DNA of 64,000 bases from Takakia lepidozioides (taxonomy: Eukaryota > Plantae > Bryophyta). Below the pieces are notes generated by a model. That model worked only from the letters and a program-made list of their open reading frames with translations, was not told the origin of the DNA and did not search any database. The position numbers and the translations under genes were made by a program. This document shows, one piece after another, positions 24,701 through 38,002 of the stretch. The DNA lies in the NCBI GenBank assembly GCA_030704615.1, contig CM060731.1:30380001-30444000 (forward strand), given 5' to 3'. The number at the start of each line of letters is the position of its first letter. The stretch's first letter is position 1.

Positions 24701-27700
24701 ATCGCTGCAGAAAGACCTTGGAACCTCTGGGAAGAGGTCTAATCAAGGGCACATGGAGGACACTGTGCTCTTATCTCAAGCTAACTTGGAGACAAGCAGG
24801 ATTATTCTTTGTACTTAGTAAATGGATAAGGAGGTTGGAGAGAGGGACTTCTGAAATAGTTTCCTACAAAGAGAGACGCAACACAGAGAGTGACAAGCAG
24901 AAAGCTGTGCGTCTTACAGTTAGGTAGAGAGCAAGGAAGACGGCTTCCACACACTTGATTGGCTGTGGTGCATAGATTATCTGAAAGACAATAAAAACAA
25001 ATTGAAGGTAAGATAAATAGTCTCTGCAGTATACAAACTGTATAATTCAGAAGTCAACAGTAGTAGCCCATGACAAGCAAATCCAACACCATCATGAGAA
25101 GAAATCCAATGAAAGCATGCAAGTGAAGAGATTTATCTTCCCCAGGGAACGGGGGGGGGAAGAGAGAGAGAAAGAGGGATGAATTCTGTCGGGTTGAAGA
25201 CTGGTAGTCTGTTCCACTGTGTCTACTGAAGGCATTCGCCGAGCTACATACTCTGTCAAAGCTAGTTGGTTTTTTGTGTGCAATCTCTCATCTGGTCAGG
25301 ATGTTGTCCCTTTTCCTCCAGACACAGAGAGACAGCGCAAGAAATGAAAGGCAAAAAGATCTATGAGTATTCACATCTCAAGGGATTTTCATGCTGCTAC
25401 ATGAATGCTATTTGAAGTTGATGTTAGCAACGTATACCATCCTCGCTGTGTCCATGATGCGAGAAAGAGGTCGTAACTTGTGAGCATTGAAATTTGTTTG
25501 CGAGTTATGTCTATACTCGAATGCACCAATGAACTGCTCTCCATGCACCGACAAAAAATCCATCACAACATCAGTTATATTGGGTAGTGTACAGTTAATA
25601 ACGAAGAACTTGGAGAACCCAACAACCTGCACTGAGAACTGCCCAGTACTATACAATAGTTATCCGTGTGGACTTCCAGCAGATAGGCAGGTGGTTAGGG
25701 TACTGTGTGACACTGGAGGTGATCCTGCATACAAATATGCAAGGACATGTTGCCCACCCACAGTTCCTTGCCAAAATGGGTACTCAGGGGCTTCCAAGTC
25801 AGTGGGGAACCATCAGGCAACAGATGTCACATTGAAAGTGGGGTGTTGGAAAGTGTCTCCCTAAGCCTCACTGGCTCAGGTAGCCTCTTTCTTCTTTTAC
25901 TGAGTACATTGTCAGTCAAAAGATAAGAAAAGCATTCCCTACTCATGAAAGAAGGATAATATGTACACCTTGGTGTGAAAAAGCCACTGAGGAACCTAAT
26001 AGGAGTGTTTTGCACTCCCAGTGGCTTAGAGAGTGGCTTCCAAGTAACAACCCCCTGAAATCAATAGGCAGTGCTAGAGATTTCAGAGAACAGAAACACA
26101 GGGCATTATCAAACGTATCGTTCACACCGTCACAAGAAGAGCTGACCTGACCAGGGATTCTCCCTGGTGGATGTCATGAGAAGATTAATGCCCTTCATAA
26201 CAATGGCTTGCCAGGCTAGCTGTCGTGGCATGGCTGACCAAGGCCTTCGTGGCAGACTTCTACATTACCTTAGCACATCAATAAGGTTTCTAAATGCTGA
26301 TCTGCAGCCCCCCCTGTGTCTGCAATTGGAGAATAGGACTTTGGAAAAAAGGTGGAGCGTGGGGAGAAGTCAATTAATGTTTGCAGTTCCAAATCTTCAA
26401 AAGCAAAAGAACCCAACCTGCTTCACCACCCTCAGGCGCGGTCGCACTAGCAGCTTGGTAAAATTGTCTGGCAACTTGGGTTTTGTGCTTTTGGGGGCCA
26501 AAGCTGGTTTAACCTTCGCAGTTGCTTCTAGCAGTTCGTCAATAGGAGGCAGTCGCTCACCCTCCATAGTCACTGCCAACAGCTGCAATGGCGCCCCAGA
26601 AATGCTGGTCTGCAAAGAAGATAACAGTCATAATTCTTCCAAAAAATAACTATCGATTATCCAGGATCCTTTGAAATCCCCTTCTTGCAAATAACAAACT
26701 AGTTAGTCAGGTTACTGGAGAGTTCAATGCTGCTGTAGAGTTCTACCCTCCAAATGCTGTGACTCGGTTTTAGCAAGAATAGAAGGAGCTACAGAGAAGC
26801 AAACTAGCAAAAGGGGCTGGCCTACTTTGGGGAGTCCACATTTTTGCCTGACCTTGACCGACTCCATAGTCAGGTCACACATTTCTAGCACGCACAAGGT
26901 CCAAACGCATGAAATCATTTTTGCGTGCCTAGATCTGTGTGCTTTAAAGGTAGGACCGGGAAAAAGTGGACATGAGCCAGTAACAACAGGGGACCAAATA
27001 CCTAAGCCCCCTTCATACAAGGTAAGCACTGTTCCCTTTAGGCAGATGATGGTTGCAGTATATGCTCAGCATTGGTGTGATAGGGAGGCTTTGAGACCTA
27101 TGAGTGAAGGATACATGAAGGATCCATCACAGCTACCAGGGTTTGGAAAATAGTCCCTTGTGATTACTGGTCTCCTCACCAACCTCAACCCTATATCTCT
27201 TACTAGACCTGCGCACAGACCACCTCTGTGGCCATAAAATACAGATACCACAGAGAGAACAACAGAAGCAATTGTCCAACCGAGCTCCCAAAGCCTTGAC
27301 TGTGACCAATCATGAGAAAGCCCTGGTGATATTGCCTAATGAACACGTATGCCTAAAACCATAGGTACATACATGTGTATGCACACAGCCATCATCTTCT
27401 TGCATGACATGAGAACATTTAGTAGCAGCAAAGATTACCTGGCACCAGTACTTTAGACACCTGACAGTAGAGAATAATAGCTTCCCCTGTTCTTGCAATA
27501 ACTTTCGGATTTCAAGCTCCCAGAGGCACCCCTACTGTTTTGTAGGGATCCACAGAGACAAATGAGAACCGAACAGCACATCTTCTAAGAGTAACAAAAA
27601 ACATAGGACATTCACAGGGCTTTCCACTGATAAGGCTTAGTGAGGAAACCCTATGCACATGCCTAGGAGCTCTTTTTAGTCCTGTTAGTGCCCACCTTGA

Positions 27701-29174
27701 AGCCCTCCTCCTTTGGTTCAAGAATTGTTCATAGTTAGTCTGCAAAGGCACTTGCTTGGACATTGAGCTGAAAATTTTTCATCTTCACAAATTAGACAAT
27801 GCTTACTACTACAGTATTGGATGTGGCCAGACAGCAGCCAGTCTTATGGTGGAAATCTTCAAGAGCATGGGAACCTTCACGAGTGCCCAGATCTCCAAAA
27901 GAGTCAGCCAGAGAAGAAGGGGTTGGCTTGAGAACAGAATCCATCATAGCTCCCATGGCTCTTATACTTGCTCTCCGGCACCATGTCAAAAAACACACCA
28001 CGATTTTGAAATAATTTTGAGTGTAAATTCTTGGCTTGTGGCACAAGCCTCTTTTCCCGCAAATAACATTTGGAGAAACGATCCTGCATAACAAACATAG
28101 AACTGTGTGTCTGAGAGAGAAAAACAAAAAAACTATAAAACTATCACAGTTACATGGTAGCCTGAAAATTCGCCCTATTCACAAACTTCCAGTGTGTGGA
28201 TGTGAAATTAGTGGGCGCCAGGCAACTGTAGAAAAAACGTGCCTCACAAATCACATTAAACTTGATAACTATGAGACCGCACATGAGATGGTTCAATAAG
28301 ATCATAACATTCTCAATTTGCCTTCAGATTAATCAGCTCCAGGCCCATCACTAAAGGTTTCTGGATAGACTTCCTTAGCTCAGAAAGGGTGGGATTTAAA
28401 ACATGGTGACTTCTGGAGCGGAATTCACCTTGGGGTTAACCCAGGCAGAGAGGTATAGAGGCACTGATAAAAATGTCCCATCTGTTGGGTTGGATGTGTT
28501 CATAGCTGCCCAGAATGTTGTTTACTATGAATGGCCTCATAGGGTAAACTGTCATAACCCATATCCCCCCCTTCCCAACCATCAATCCGGCAGGTAGCCA
28601 GAGTCGGACTACATCCCAGCAGTACAAAATCTGCGACTCACTCACACGCGCCACTCGAAAGGAAAACCCACAATCCAAATCCCCTAAACATCACAAAGGA
28701 GATCGAACCAAAGCTGAAAAGAGAACGGGGGAGACGGACAGACACGGAGCTCAAGGGGTGGCAGAGGTTGCAATCCAGGCAAAAGTGAAATACCTCACGG
28801 TGCCACAATTCTATCACCAACGCAGCCTCAGAGCTCCAGCATTTCCCCGGCCCTCCCGCACCCGGTCTCCAGGTGGCAAGAGGGGAGCGGCCATAGCCGC
28901 GCAAGGCGCGCAGCGGCCCAGAGAGACGGAGCCGTGAAACAACACACTGCCCCTCCTCCCTCGCCGCCGTTTCACGTCCTTGCACAGACTTGCCAGTACA
29001 ATTGATAACCTCCTTGGAGGTAATACCCGTACACACTGAGTCTCTGGCACTCCGCTCTCTGTTGGCAGTTAAGTAGGTGAGGATAGTCGTCGAGAGACGG
29101 GCAGGCCAGCGGGCTGCCCAACCGGTCCGAAGTCCTCGGGCAGCACCCGGCACTCTTCCCAAACATATTTTCAA
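21706..29174 (-). CDS. Unidentified multi-exon gene (possibly partly degenerate); exon model not resolved
   Basis: Several AG/GT-bounded open segments on the minus strand: ~26430-26610 (TSISGAPLQLLAVTMEG...), ~25438-25626 (VVGFSKFFVINCTLP...), ~24480-24640 (GKPATCLQITANY...), ~23210-23470, and a basic terminal exon 21706-22250. GC-rich 5' region at 28800-29200. Confidence 0.45.
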
Positions 29175-29590
29175 TATGGGCAGAGGGCAGAAGGCAATGC
29201 AAACTGCTCGCCGCTAATTTCACGTGAAGTACATGCCAGTTGTAACGAGTACGGGGTCCGTCCGTTGTTGCCTCCTCACTTTGGAGGAGACCACAGAACA
29301 ACGTCATTCAATTCGAGTAGAAGAATGGTGTCGATGAAACTGAAAAGGTGGCGATGGTAGAGTATATTGTGCATGGGCCTTTGGATGTGTGGTTCAATTC
29401 CCTGTGGAGCTGCCTTCCGGCTCTGCCCTTGTGTGCTTCATGGCGGAGAGGGGGTTTGTTTTCCCCCTCAAGGCCCAGCGCTTGCGTTTCCTTTGTAGAA
29501 AGGTAGCATGATAAGGAGAACATGTGCTCAGACTTCGGACTTTACTCGGAACACTCGGAACTCATGTAGTTCCTCGTCGTGTAGAGCCCA

Positions 29591-30885
29591 ATGGAGCCCA
29601 AAACGACTTGCATGAATATTGTTGAAAGCTCACTAGCACCCCTCAGTAAAGGACCTTGTCAAAATGTTGATGCTGTCGGATTTTCGAGCACAAACCTCTA
29701 CCTTGGAGCACGGAGGCAGAGCTGGCATGAGTTTTTTAAACATCCTTCACGATGGTGGGAGAACCGCAATCGCAAGGTGTGGCTCTTTCTTAATGTACGA
29801 TGTGAAGAAGTTTGTCTATCCTGCAAATGTGGGCTCTTGGCTCCTGTTAGTACCATGATTTGGTATTAGTCCTGATGTTTACAAGGTTCTTGGGGGAGTC
29901 AGTTTGGTCTTAGCAGGTCGTATTAATCTCTGTCTGTTCATCTGCACTGTGGTGGTTCTCACAGACGAATCCGAGATTACCTGACTACAGACACAATTAG
30001 CACACACCTTTTGGGTTGATGGTCGGTCAAATCCTCCATGGGTCATGACACAAGGTCAAGGACAACGTGGTGAGGGCATCTTCTTCTTCGACTTATTTCA
30101 GCCTGTTTTGCGCTCTCATCAGACTCGGCCTTGAATTTGCATATTGAATATGATGTCTGCATCCAAGTTGTAGCCTTTCATTTGCCATATGTTGCAGTGG
30201 ATCTGTGGTGGTTTGGAATGACTTTGACAAGTTAGTACCGATGTGGGAAAGTATCCGAAAACAGATAACAGAGACGATGAGAAGCTTTGGAATGAACACT
30301 TCTCCGACCCCAGTCAATGGTGGGACAATGGAGACAAAAAGGTGAATGCCTGTTGGAAGCAGACGCAAGTCAGCATCAAAACTAGTGTGATAAGTATGGT
30401 TGGGGTGTTTGCTGGAAGAGTTCTAGGCTGTCATTGTCTGTTGCTAGCAGCAAGGCAAAGATATCTGCATGATTTGTGCATCTGAGGCATGGATAGCTGA
30501 AGGAGCAGGGATGGAGTGTGGGTCCACATTCATCCAAGAGGGCCAGATTTCAAGCTCCAGATTACCTATGACTCCCTATGGATGGATAGCTACGAGAAAC
30601 CTGCATGGGTAGATGGTCAACTGGAAGTTGCAGCAGCATCGGCACAATTGATAAAATCAGGCACTGCTCATAAACGCACCTTCTTCAACACATTTCATCC
30701 TATTTTTCCCTCTTATCAGAATCGGCCCTAAATTGTCATTGTCAGTTGCTAGCAGCAAGGCGAGGACTTATGCATGATTTGTGCAGAGGCATGGATAGCT
30801 GAAGGAGCAGGGGTAGAGTATGGGTATAGATTCATCCAAAAGGGCCAGATTTCAAGCACCATATTACCTATGATTCCATGTGGAT
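29591..30885 (+). pseudogene. OSB-type PDF-motif repeat exons (organellar ssDNA-binding motif), degenerate
   Basis: SWHEFFKHPSRWWENRNRK|TNPRLPDYRH...WVDGRSNPPWV and LWNEHFSDPSQWWDNGDKK|HPRGPDFKLQITYDSLWMDSYEKPAWV. A third partial copy (~30735-30885) is cut by an LTR. Confidence 0.75.
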
Positions 30886-33464
30886 CACCCCAGCCCAAAC
30901 CTGGACTGACTCTTGCCTCCATCTACGGAAAGGTTTTGGCTTACAGAGATGGTGAAAGACTATGGGGAAGAGAAACTAAAGCAATTCCTAACCCCAGAAT
31001 GCTCTCATCCTACCACTCTCCCTCCTGTCTCTATCCACTCGCTTGTATGGCCGTGGCAAGTATCCTTCAAAGATCCCTCAACAAAGATCCCTCAATCAAT
31101 CCTTCAAGAGCTCTTCAACATTGTCCACCAAAGCTCCTCGAAGGGTCCTCCAATACTCCTCCAAGGACCCCAAAGATCCTCCAAACACTCCTACAAGGGC
31201 CCTCAAATATCTTCCAAACAATCCTCCAAAGGCCCTTAAATTTCACTAAGTCCTTTCAATGTTGATACCTTAATAGAGGTATAGTCTGAGGTTGCTAGGG
31301 TCCCTTATGTTGATGATACCTTTACAGAGGTATAGTCTGAAAATGAGGGTTCTCTTTGGTATACTAACAGAGGTATAGTCTGAGCTGATTAGGGTCCACA
31401 TATGGTGATACCTCAACAGAGGTATAGTAAAATGGACAAGCTCATGTTTGGTATACTAACAGAGGTATAGTCTGAGCTGATTAGGTTCACATATGGTGAT
31501 ACCTCAATAGAGGTATAGTAAAATGGACAAGCTCATGTTTGGTAAACTAATAGAGGTATAGTCTGAGCATATATTACTAGGGTTTGTAATGAAGAGCTAG
31601 AATGCAAATCCTTGACTTCTATGCTTCTACTCAAGCAAAAATATGTTCTCATAAGAGACATATTCTTGCTCTCTTCCACCCCAATGTACAACCAAGAGTG
31701 GTCCAACTCAACTTGCAAGTCATTGTCCACCAAATCAATCCCCCTTCTAGTCCTTGGGATTTGATTGCTAACTACCATATCTCCATTGCCGAACAATCAT
31801 GCATTTGTCTCTTGACAATTGCTCCAAATCAACACAAATTATCTCAATGTGTAGGAGCAATGCTTGTCACTTACAATAATGCTCCCAAACAATCCGCCTT
31901 GGATTCCACTCTCCTGCCATATGCCTCATTTGGGGTCTTGCACCAATCCATTATCCATGTGCTCCCCTTGGTCATTTGAATGCATGTTCCATGACCTCAT
32001 GGCTTATGTGTTGCTCTCCTTCATCATAACATGAATCAACACCTCTCCACTTCACACACAAATGGATCTCAAGGCCTTCACCTCTTGCTAGTTCAAGAGC
32101 TCCCATTCTCAAACTTGAACTTACAAACTCAAGAGAGCATGCTCCACATATGCATCACTTGCTTGGTCAACTATCCACCACAAAGCTCGCACTACCAAGA
32201 GCATAAATAGCCAAGTATTGCCTCCCCCTCTTGTCACATTACATAGTTAGGGTGAAGCTATGCATACGTTGAATGATGATTTCCCTTCAAGGATTTCCCA
32301 CCATATGTTCTCCAAGCCCTTCCGATGGCGCCCTAAGTTTGGCTCCACACCACCATGATTGAAAGATTTCTTCACATGCTCCCTTTCAAAACCTCTTGAG
32401 CTTCTTAATGCTCTCCAAGTATTTGCCCTTGTTGTCTTCAAGCCCAAGCCTATGTAGCTCCTTGGCTTCTTTTCCACACCATCCACACTTTGAACTTGCT
32501 TAACCCTAGCTTGATAGTGAAATGAGCACTAACAAGCCTTTAGTTAGTCTCCACAAGCCATGGCGCACACCATTGACTCCATAATGCATACAAAGGATTC
32601 TAGAATCCTAGAATCCATGCTTCCACACACTCAAAACTTCCTCCTTGCAATCTTTGCAAAATCTTGTGACTCAAGAGCTTTCTTCTCAAGCTCTTCAACT
32701 CCTTGGTGCATGCAATACTCGAGCACCTTTCCTTGCAACCCCTTGCAAGCCTTGTGATACAAGAGCTAAATTCTCTTAGCTCTCAACCTCTTTAACATAC
32801 AAGTGCAAAACTAATCCTTATACTCCACACTCACAATCATAAGGTGATCTTCTTGTAGTGATAAGAGATGATGAATGAGAGAAGTGGAAGACAATGAAAG
32901 CTCTCTAAGCATGAACAAAATGTCACACGCTGGTATGATACTAGTCGTGCTTGCTCTAAGATCAACTATCGCGCACCTCACTTCGGTAAACTCCCCTTCA
33001 AGTCATAGTTACTCGCTTTGATGCGCGCGCCTGACTCCCAACCTGGCCGCCGGGCCAACTTGGAGCTTCGGCTGCTCACCGGGGCATAACGGTCCCCCCT
33101 TTGTTCTCCCAAAGAACCCTCCACCGATTTGGAACCAGCGGGAATTCCCTTTGGTAGTTGGCAGTCCGGAACAGCTCCCCACTCTTTGGGGAATCCACCC
33201 TACAGAGCCCTCAACACACTCCCTCTCAATACCTAGAGCTATGGAGGTGAGAGAAGCTCATGGAGGCTCAACTACAAGAAGATGAGCCTCCTCCATCCTC
33301 ACAAGGGGAAAACCTATCCCCATGTCCCAAGTGAGGCTCGACACCTCACTTGGCATGTGAGACCCAATGAAGTCCCAACACACAAAATATAAATATAAAT
33401 ATCTAAAATATCCTAGTTAACTAGAAGTAGGTAATTCTAGATAACCATGACTAAAACCATGACA
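30886..33464 (-). mobile_element. LTR copy (solo or truncated) of the 5751 family
   Basis: The reverse complement starts TGTCATGGTTTTAGTCATGG at 33464 and follows 5751-8221, with swapped internal modules. No TSD found. Confidence 0.85.
31262..31570. repeat. Tandem array of ~7 AGAGGTATAGT-core units inside the LTR
   Basis: Core agaggtatagt repeats every ~40-50 bp, alternating gatacctcaacagaggtat (hairpin-forming) and gtatactaacagaggtat variants. Confidence 0.85.
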
Positions 33465-34281
33465 CATACGTGCAGCCTCTATCAGCCGCACCTCCTTTGT
33501 GAATTGTATATCGACATGTCTGTTGGCGAGAAATCTGAAGAAATTGTGTCTCATCTTGTTTTGATGCTTTGAAACCAAGTGCAAATGCTTAATGCAGTGC
33601 TTTCAACCATGTACTGCAGTGGCGTTTCCAATGGCATGGCAAGTCTCCTGGCAAAGACTCGCCCCAAATCGCCTACATTCCATGGGATTGCGTTGCTGAT
33701 TTCATTACTGGGGAGTCCTCCTGTGCAGATGGCCCATGCACTTTTCACAAACATCAGCAAAGAGGCTGTCCGGAGGGATCTCTCTTAGCTCCTCGCACCA
33801 ACAGTGCTTTGACTATATCTTGAAGGTGCAGAAGAAGTCTTAAGACCGAAAAGGTTCTCCTAGCCACACCAATAATGCTCGTAATACATTAAAACAAACC
33901 TGTTCTAAGCATCGATTATCGAGAAGCTCATCCATAATCAGAGCAAACTAGCGAAAATTGAGCCTGGAAGTCGTGGCAGGGTGTTTGATATGTTTCCAAT
34001 TCATATCTCTCTCAAATTTTGGCGATGCCGTGGAGTGGAGCTCGGAGGTTTCTCCAACGTTGAGGGGGGAGAGGGTTCCAAATGCAGAGATCATGCTCAT
34101 CCTTTGACAAATGATGCCATGGCAGGCCCACGAAGCTATGAAGGCGGCATAGATTCATGGCGCTTGCCTGGGGGCCTTTTTGCAGTCTGCAACAGATAAG
34201 TATTTTCATTCTCTGGTGCTGAACATATAATGGCCACTTTCAATAAAAATACAAGAAGAGCTATTGATATAGTTACTATTT

Positions 34282-35020
34282 ATGGCTGAACGAAATGTGG
34301 TGTCGTGGAACACGATGCTTGTAGGGTATGCACAGCAGGGGCGCGGGATGGAGGCTTTGGAGACATATGATCAAATGATGTGCGAAGGGGTGAAGCCCGA
34401 CCTCATCACGTTTGTGTGCGTTTGCAGTGCGTGTGCAAGCCTGGCAGCCCTGGAAAAGGGCAAAGATGTGCATGGCGACATCGTCAAAGCTGGAATTGTA
34501 CTAGATATGATCCTGAACATTGCCCTGGTGGACATGTATGCCAAATGTGGGTGCATCGAGGATGCAAAGGGAGTGTTCGACAATATGGCTGAACGAGATG
34601 TGGTGTCGTGGAGTACGATGATCGCATGATATGCACAACATGGTTGTCATAGGGAGGTCGTGCAACTATTTGAAGGAATGCAAAAGAACGGCTTGAAGCC
34701 GAATAGTATCACCTTTATATGTGTTCTCTCTGCATGCAGTCACGCTGGCCTACTAAATGAAGGAAGACGGTACTTTGATTCCCTGACTCAAGATCATGGT
34801 GTCACTCCGATAGTAAAGCACTTTGGCTGCATGGTGGACCTTCTTGGACCTGCGGGACAACTAGATGAGGTAGTGGACCTGATTAATAAAATGCCCATCA
34901 ATCCAGATGTTGTGGTGTGAAAGGCCTTGCTTGGTGCCTGCAGAATCCATGGCAATGTGGAGATGGCTAAACGTATAGCAATATCTATCCTCAAGGAGAG
35001 CTCGTATTTTGTCAGTAAAC
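34282..35020 (+). pseudogene. PLS-class pentatricopeptide repeat (PPR) gene fragment running into the E domain
   Basis: ERNVVSWNTMLVGYAQQGRG.EALE...VKPDLITF, ALVDMYAKCG.IEDA..VFD.M, LSACSHAGLL.EG, HFGCMVDLLG.AGQL, LLGACRIHGNVE. In-frame TGA at 34627 and 34918. Confidence 0.9.
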
Positions 35021-37523
35021 AGCTTAATTCCATTAGTGACAAAGGTCAACGAAGGTTGGCACGAACATTTGCCCCTGCCCAACGAACCTGCCCAAAAACT
35101 GCACCTTCGACTAACGAGGTGACAACATTCGCTCAGCCATGGTGCTTCCAAAAATTATCATTTTTCCCCACTTCACCCCGAACCTTCGTCCATCGAAGGT
35201 GGAGGATGATATAGCAATGTAAAATAATTAATTTAAAAAAAAAAACCCGAAAATTTTCATTTTCCCCAACTTCACCCTGATCATCTTCTTCATCCTCCAC
35301 CTTGGCCAATGAAGGTGTTCTCCGGGGCCATCTAGCCTACGATTGCTGTCCTTCAACTCCACAACTCATACCCCGCCTTTGTGATAATTAAAGGATCATT
35401 TCCTTTGCAAATTCTCTTTTTGGACCCCCATTCCAATCACATACAAAGCACCCCCCCTTCATTTTTGGGAGATTGGGGTGAAATTTGGTGTGAGGGTTTG
35501 GAATTGTGCACTTCACAGGAATATAACACTTTTTCTCCCAGGAAAATGTGGGATCATGGATTTTTTGCTTGGTCAAACATGAACTTTTGCTTTATTTTTT
35601 CCAATTTTCAAAAAATGCACCATCTTGTTATAATCTCCCAAACTACACGGTGGAATCTCCCCAAATTTGGGAGGCTTGTGCAGCTGGTAGGTAGGAATAA
35701 GTTTGTATGGTTCATCCAGGTGGATGAACGTTGGTAGGCAGGTAGCCGCTGTCGGTGTGAGGGTGGGTCCCGGAATTGTCCAAAAACCCAAAAACTGCTC
35801 CGTCCTTTAGGGGTTAATTTTTTTTTTCTCTCTCTATATGTATATATATACACTTCATGAGTACTAAAGACATTGTTTTGTCGTACAATATCGTGGTGCC
35901 AATGACTATCATGTACAGTGATATATGAATACTTTGTGGAATCTATAAACAAATTTATATTGGAACCAGGTTTGAAGTGTGCTTCATTAAAACATAAAAT
36001 ATTAGCCGTTTATATTGTAAATTGTGGTCTGTAAAAACATCTTCTTCATATAATAACAATGATTATATATATATATATATAATCATATTTTTATTTGGAA
36101 ACAGCTGGTACCAACAGCTCACAAATCAGGCCCAGAGGGGGAGCGAGTCTATTGGGCCCACAAAACACCTGAAATATGTAGATAAATAATTAACTATTTC
36201 AAGGATTTGCAAAAAGCAGCGGCTAGTGTGATGGTAAAGAGCATGTGATGAATGGGAGATCTACTATTCAAATCTTGGTAGGTGACATTGTGGCGGTAAT
36301 GTGTGTTACTTATAAATATATATTATGTTTGAGGGTCTGAAGGGTTGGAGTTAGGCGCTCGCTAGTTGGAGTCCGTTCTTGGTCAGTCAGTCCGCTTGCC
36401 ACTCGCCAGTCTACTGGTCAGTCCGCTCGCCAATCCGTTGGTCAGTCCGCTCACCAGTTGGAGTCAGTCGTTTGGCAGTCCGCTAGAAGGTCCATCGTCG
36501 TTAAAGAACTAGGACTTAGAAAAAATTGCAGAATCTAGACCCGGTGAAAGGGGGGTGGGTTCATGAGCTCACCCCATGGGCCATACCGGCGTCATGGTGC
36601 ATTCAAGTCCCAATTATTGAAAAATGAGAGGCTTTTTGTCCCACCATTATATAGGAGATTTCGATACAAATATATTGGAAAACGATTCAACCATGTAAAA
36701 ACAACCGGTACAATTTATGAGGATGTTTAATATGACACTACAATTCATAAAAACTCCTACAATGTATGGTTCATAGTTGGACCATATTTGGACAAATACA
36801 TCTAACCAACAATGTAGAGCTACAAAGGCATACTGGACAGGTCACAAACCTCTCTATATATATATATATAGCTTTGTTGTTAAATATCATCATTCAAAAA
36901 TATAGCATGTATGATATTTTGTTACATATCCCACATACTCCACATTTGGAGGGTAGAGCCATTATGCGTCTAGTTGCTTGATTGGAATTATTTAAGGGGA
37001 AAGAAATTAAAACCCCATTTAGTATATCTGAAAATCTTAAAATGTCTCCACTCTTGATTTTATGCTCACCAAAATTTTGGTCCAATCACCTACTCACCCG
37101 CTCACCAACTACCAACACACCAAGATTACCATTGACTCTACTTTTAAGAGGAGCGGCAAGGCCATGGAATGTGCACCTAGGGTTTCAGAGCTTGGAAGAA
37201 GAACTCTTGCACCACAAGAGAAGTGTCTTGTGGCTGGAAATGTAAGCCTTAGGGTTTCAGGGGCTGTGACGGGCTGTGACTCCTGTTCCAGCCCTGCTCT
37301 TACCATGATAAGAGCCCTCTCAATGCTGAAGCTCGAGATTGAAACCCACTCTCAACATACTCCACAAAGTGCACTGATTTGCCCCAAGCCAAATCAGCCC
37401 TTTCGCTTGGTCTTGCAATCTTTCACACATTCCCAACCCAGTCAAGTGGCTGGAAGTAAGGAGTCAAGTGCCAAGTGAGTGCCAAGAGTGAGTGCCTGGC
37501 ACTAACTTTGTTCTCATTTTCAG

Positions 37524-37815
37524 GTTTCCTGTCTTCAGCATGATTGTGTTCGTCCCATTCTTAGCCATATCGTACACAACGCCCGTGTACTTTCTGGTGG
37601 GATTGGCGCCACACTATGGTTCATTCTTTTTCTTCTTACTAGTTATCTGGCTCACAATTGTCATGGCCAACTCTTTCATTGCATTCTTCAGTGCTATCCT
37701 ATCAAACTTCATAGAGGGAAATCAGTTAATCACAGGATTCATGGCAGCTTTCTTCCTTTTCTCAGGCTATTTTATTTCCAAGGATTACATGCCCAGGTAC
37801 TGGCTTCTCCTACAC
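37524..37815 (+). pseudogene. Orphan ABCG half-transporter membrane-domain fragment
   Basis: PVYFLVGL...FFFFLLVIWLTIVMANSF...GNQLI..FMAAFFLFSGYFISKDYMPRYW matches plant ABCG ABC2_membrane C-terminal motifs. No nucleotide-binding domain nearby. Confidence 0.8.
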
Positions 37816-38002
37816 AATACCTCCAGTTGTTGCATATGCCAAAATCTTGGTTTATACAACTTTAGGGTCTATTACAACGCCATGGCAGAGTATTGTTAAT
37901 TTTTCTTCCGAAAGGGAAAACTGCAAGTGCCAGCTCACAATTCCGTCTTGCCAGAGGAGGAAAAATAATTCAGGCTCTTGCTACACTGAAGCCTCTGGAT
38001 GT

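Noticed and set aside
28420-28510. STIL-like centriole gene, from a weak ...LYLSAWVNPK resemblance
   Set aside because: The other conserved STIL motifs could not be found in the downstream exons.
31262-31570. CRISPR-like look (palindromic repeat plus spacers)
   Set aside because: The spacers are themselves repeated, the array lies inside a plant LTR, and there are no cas genes.
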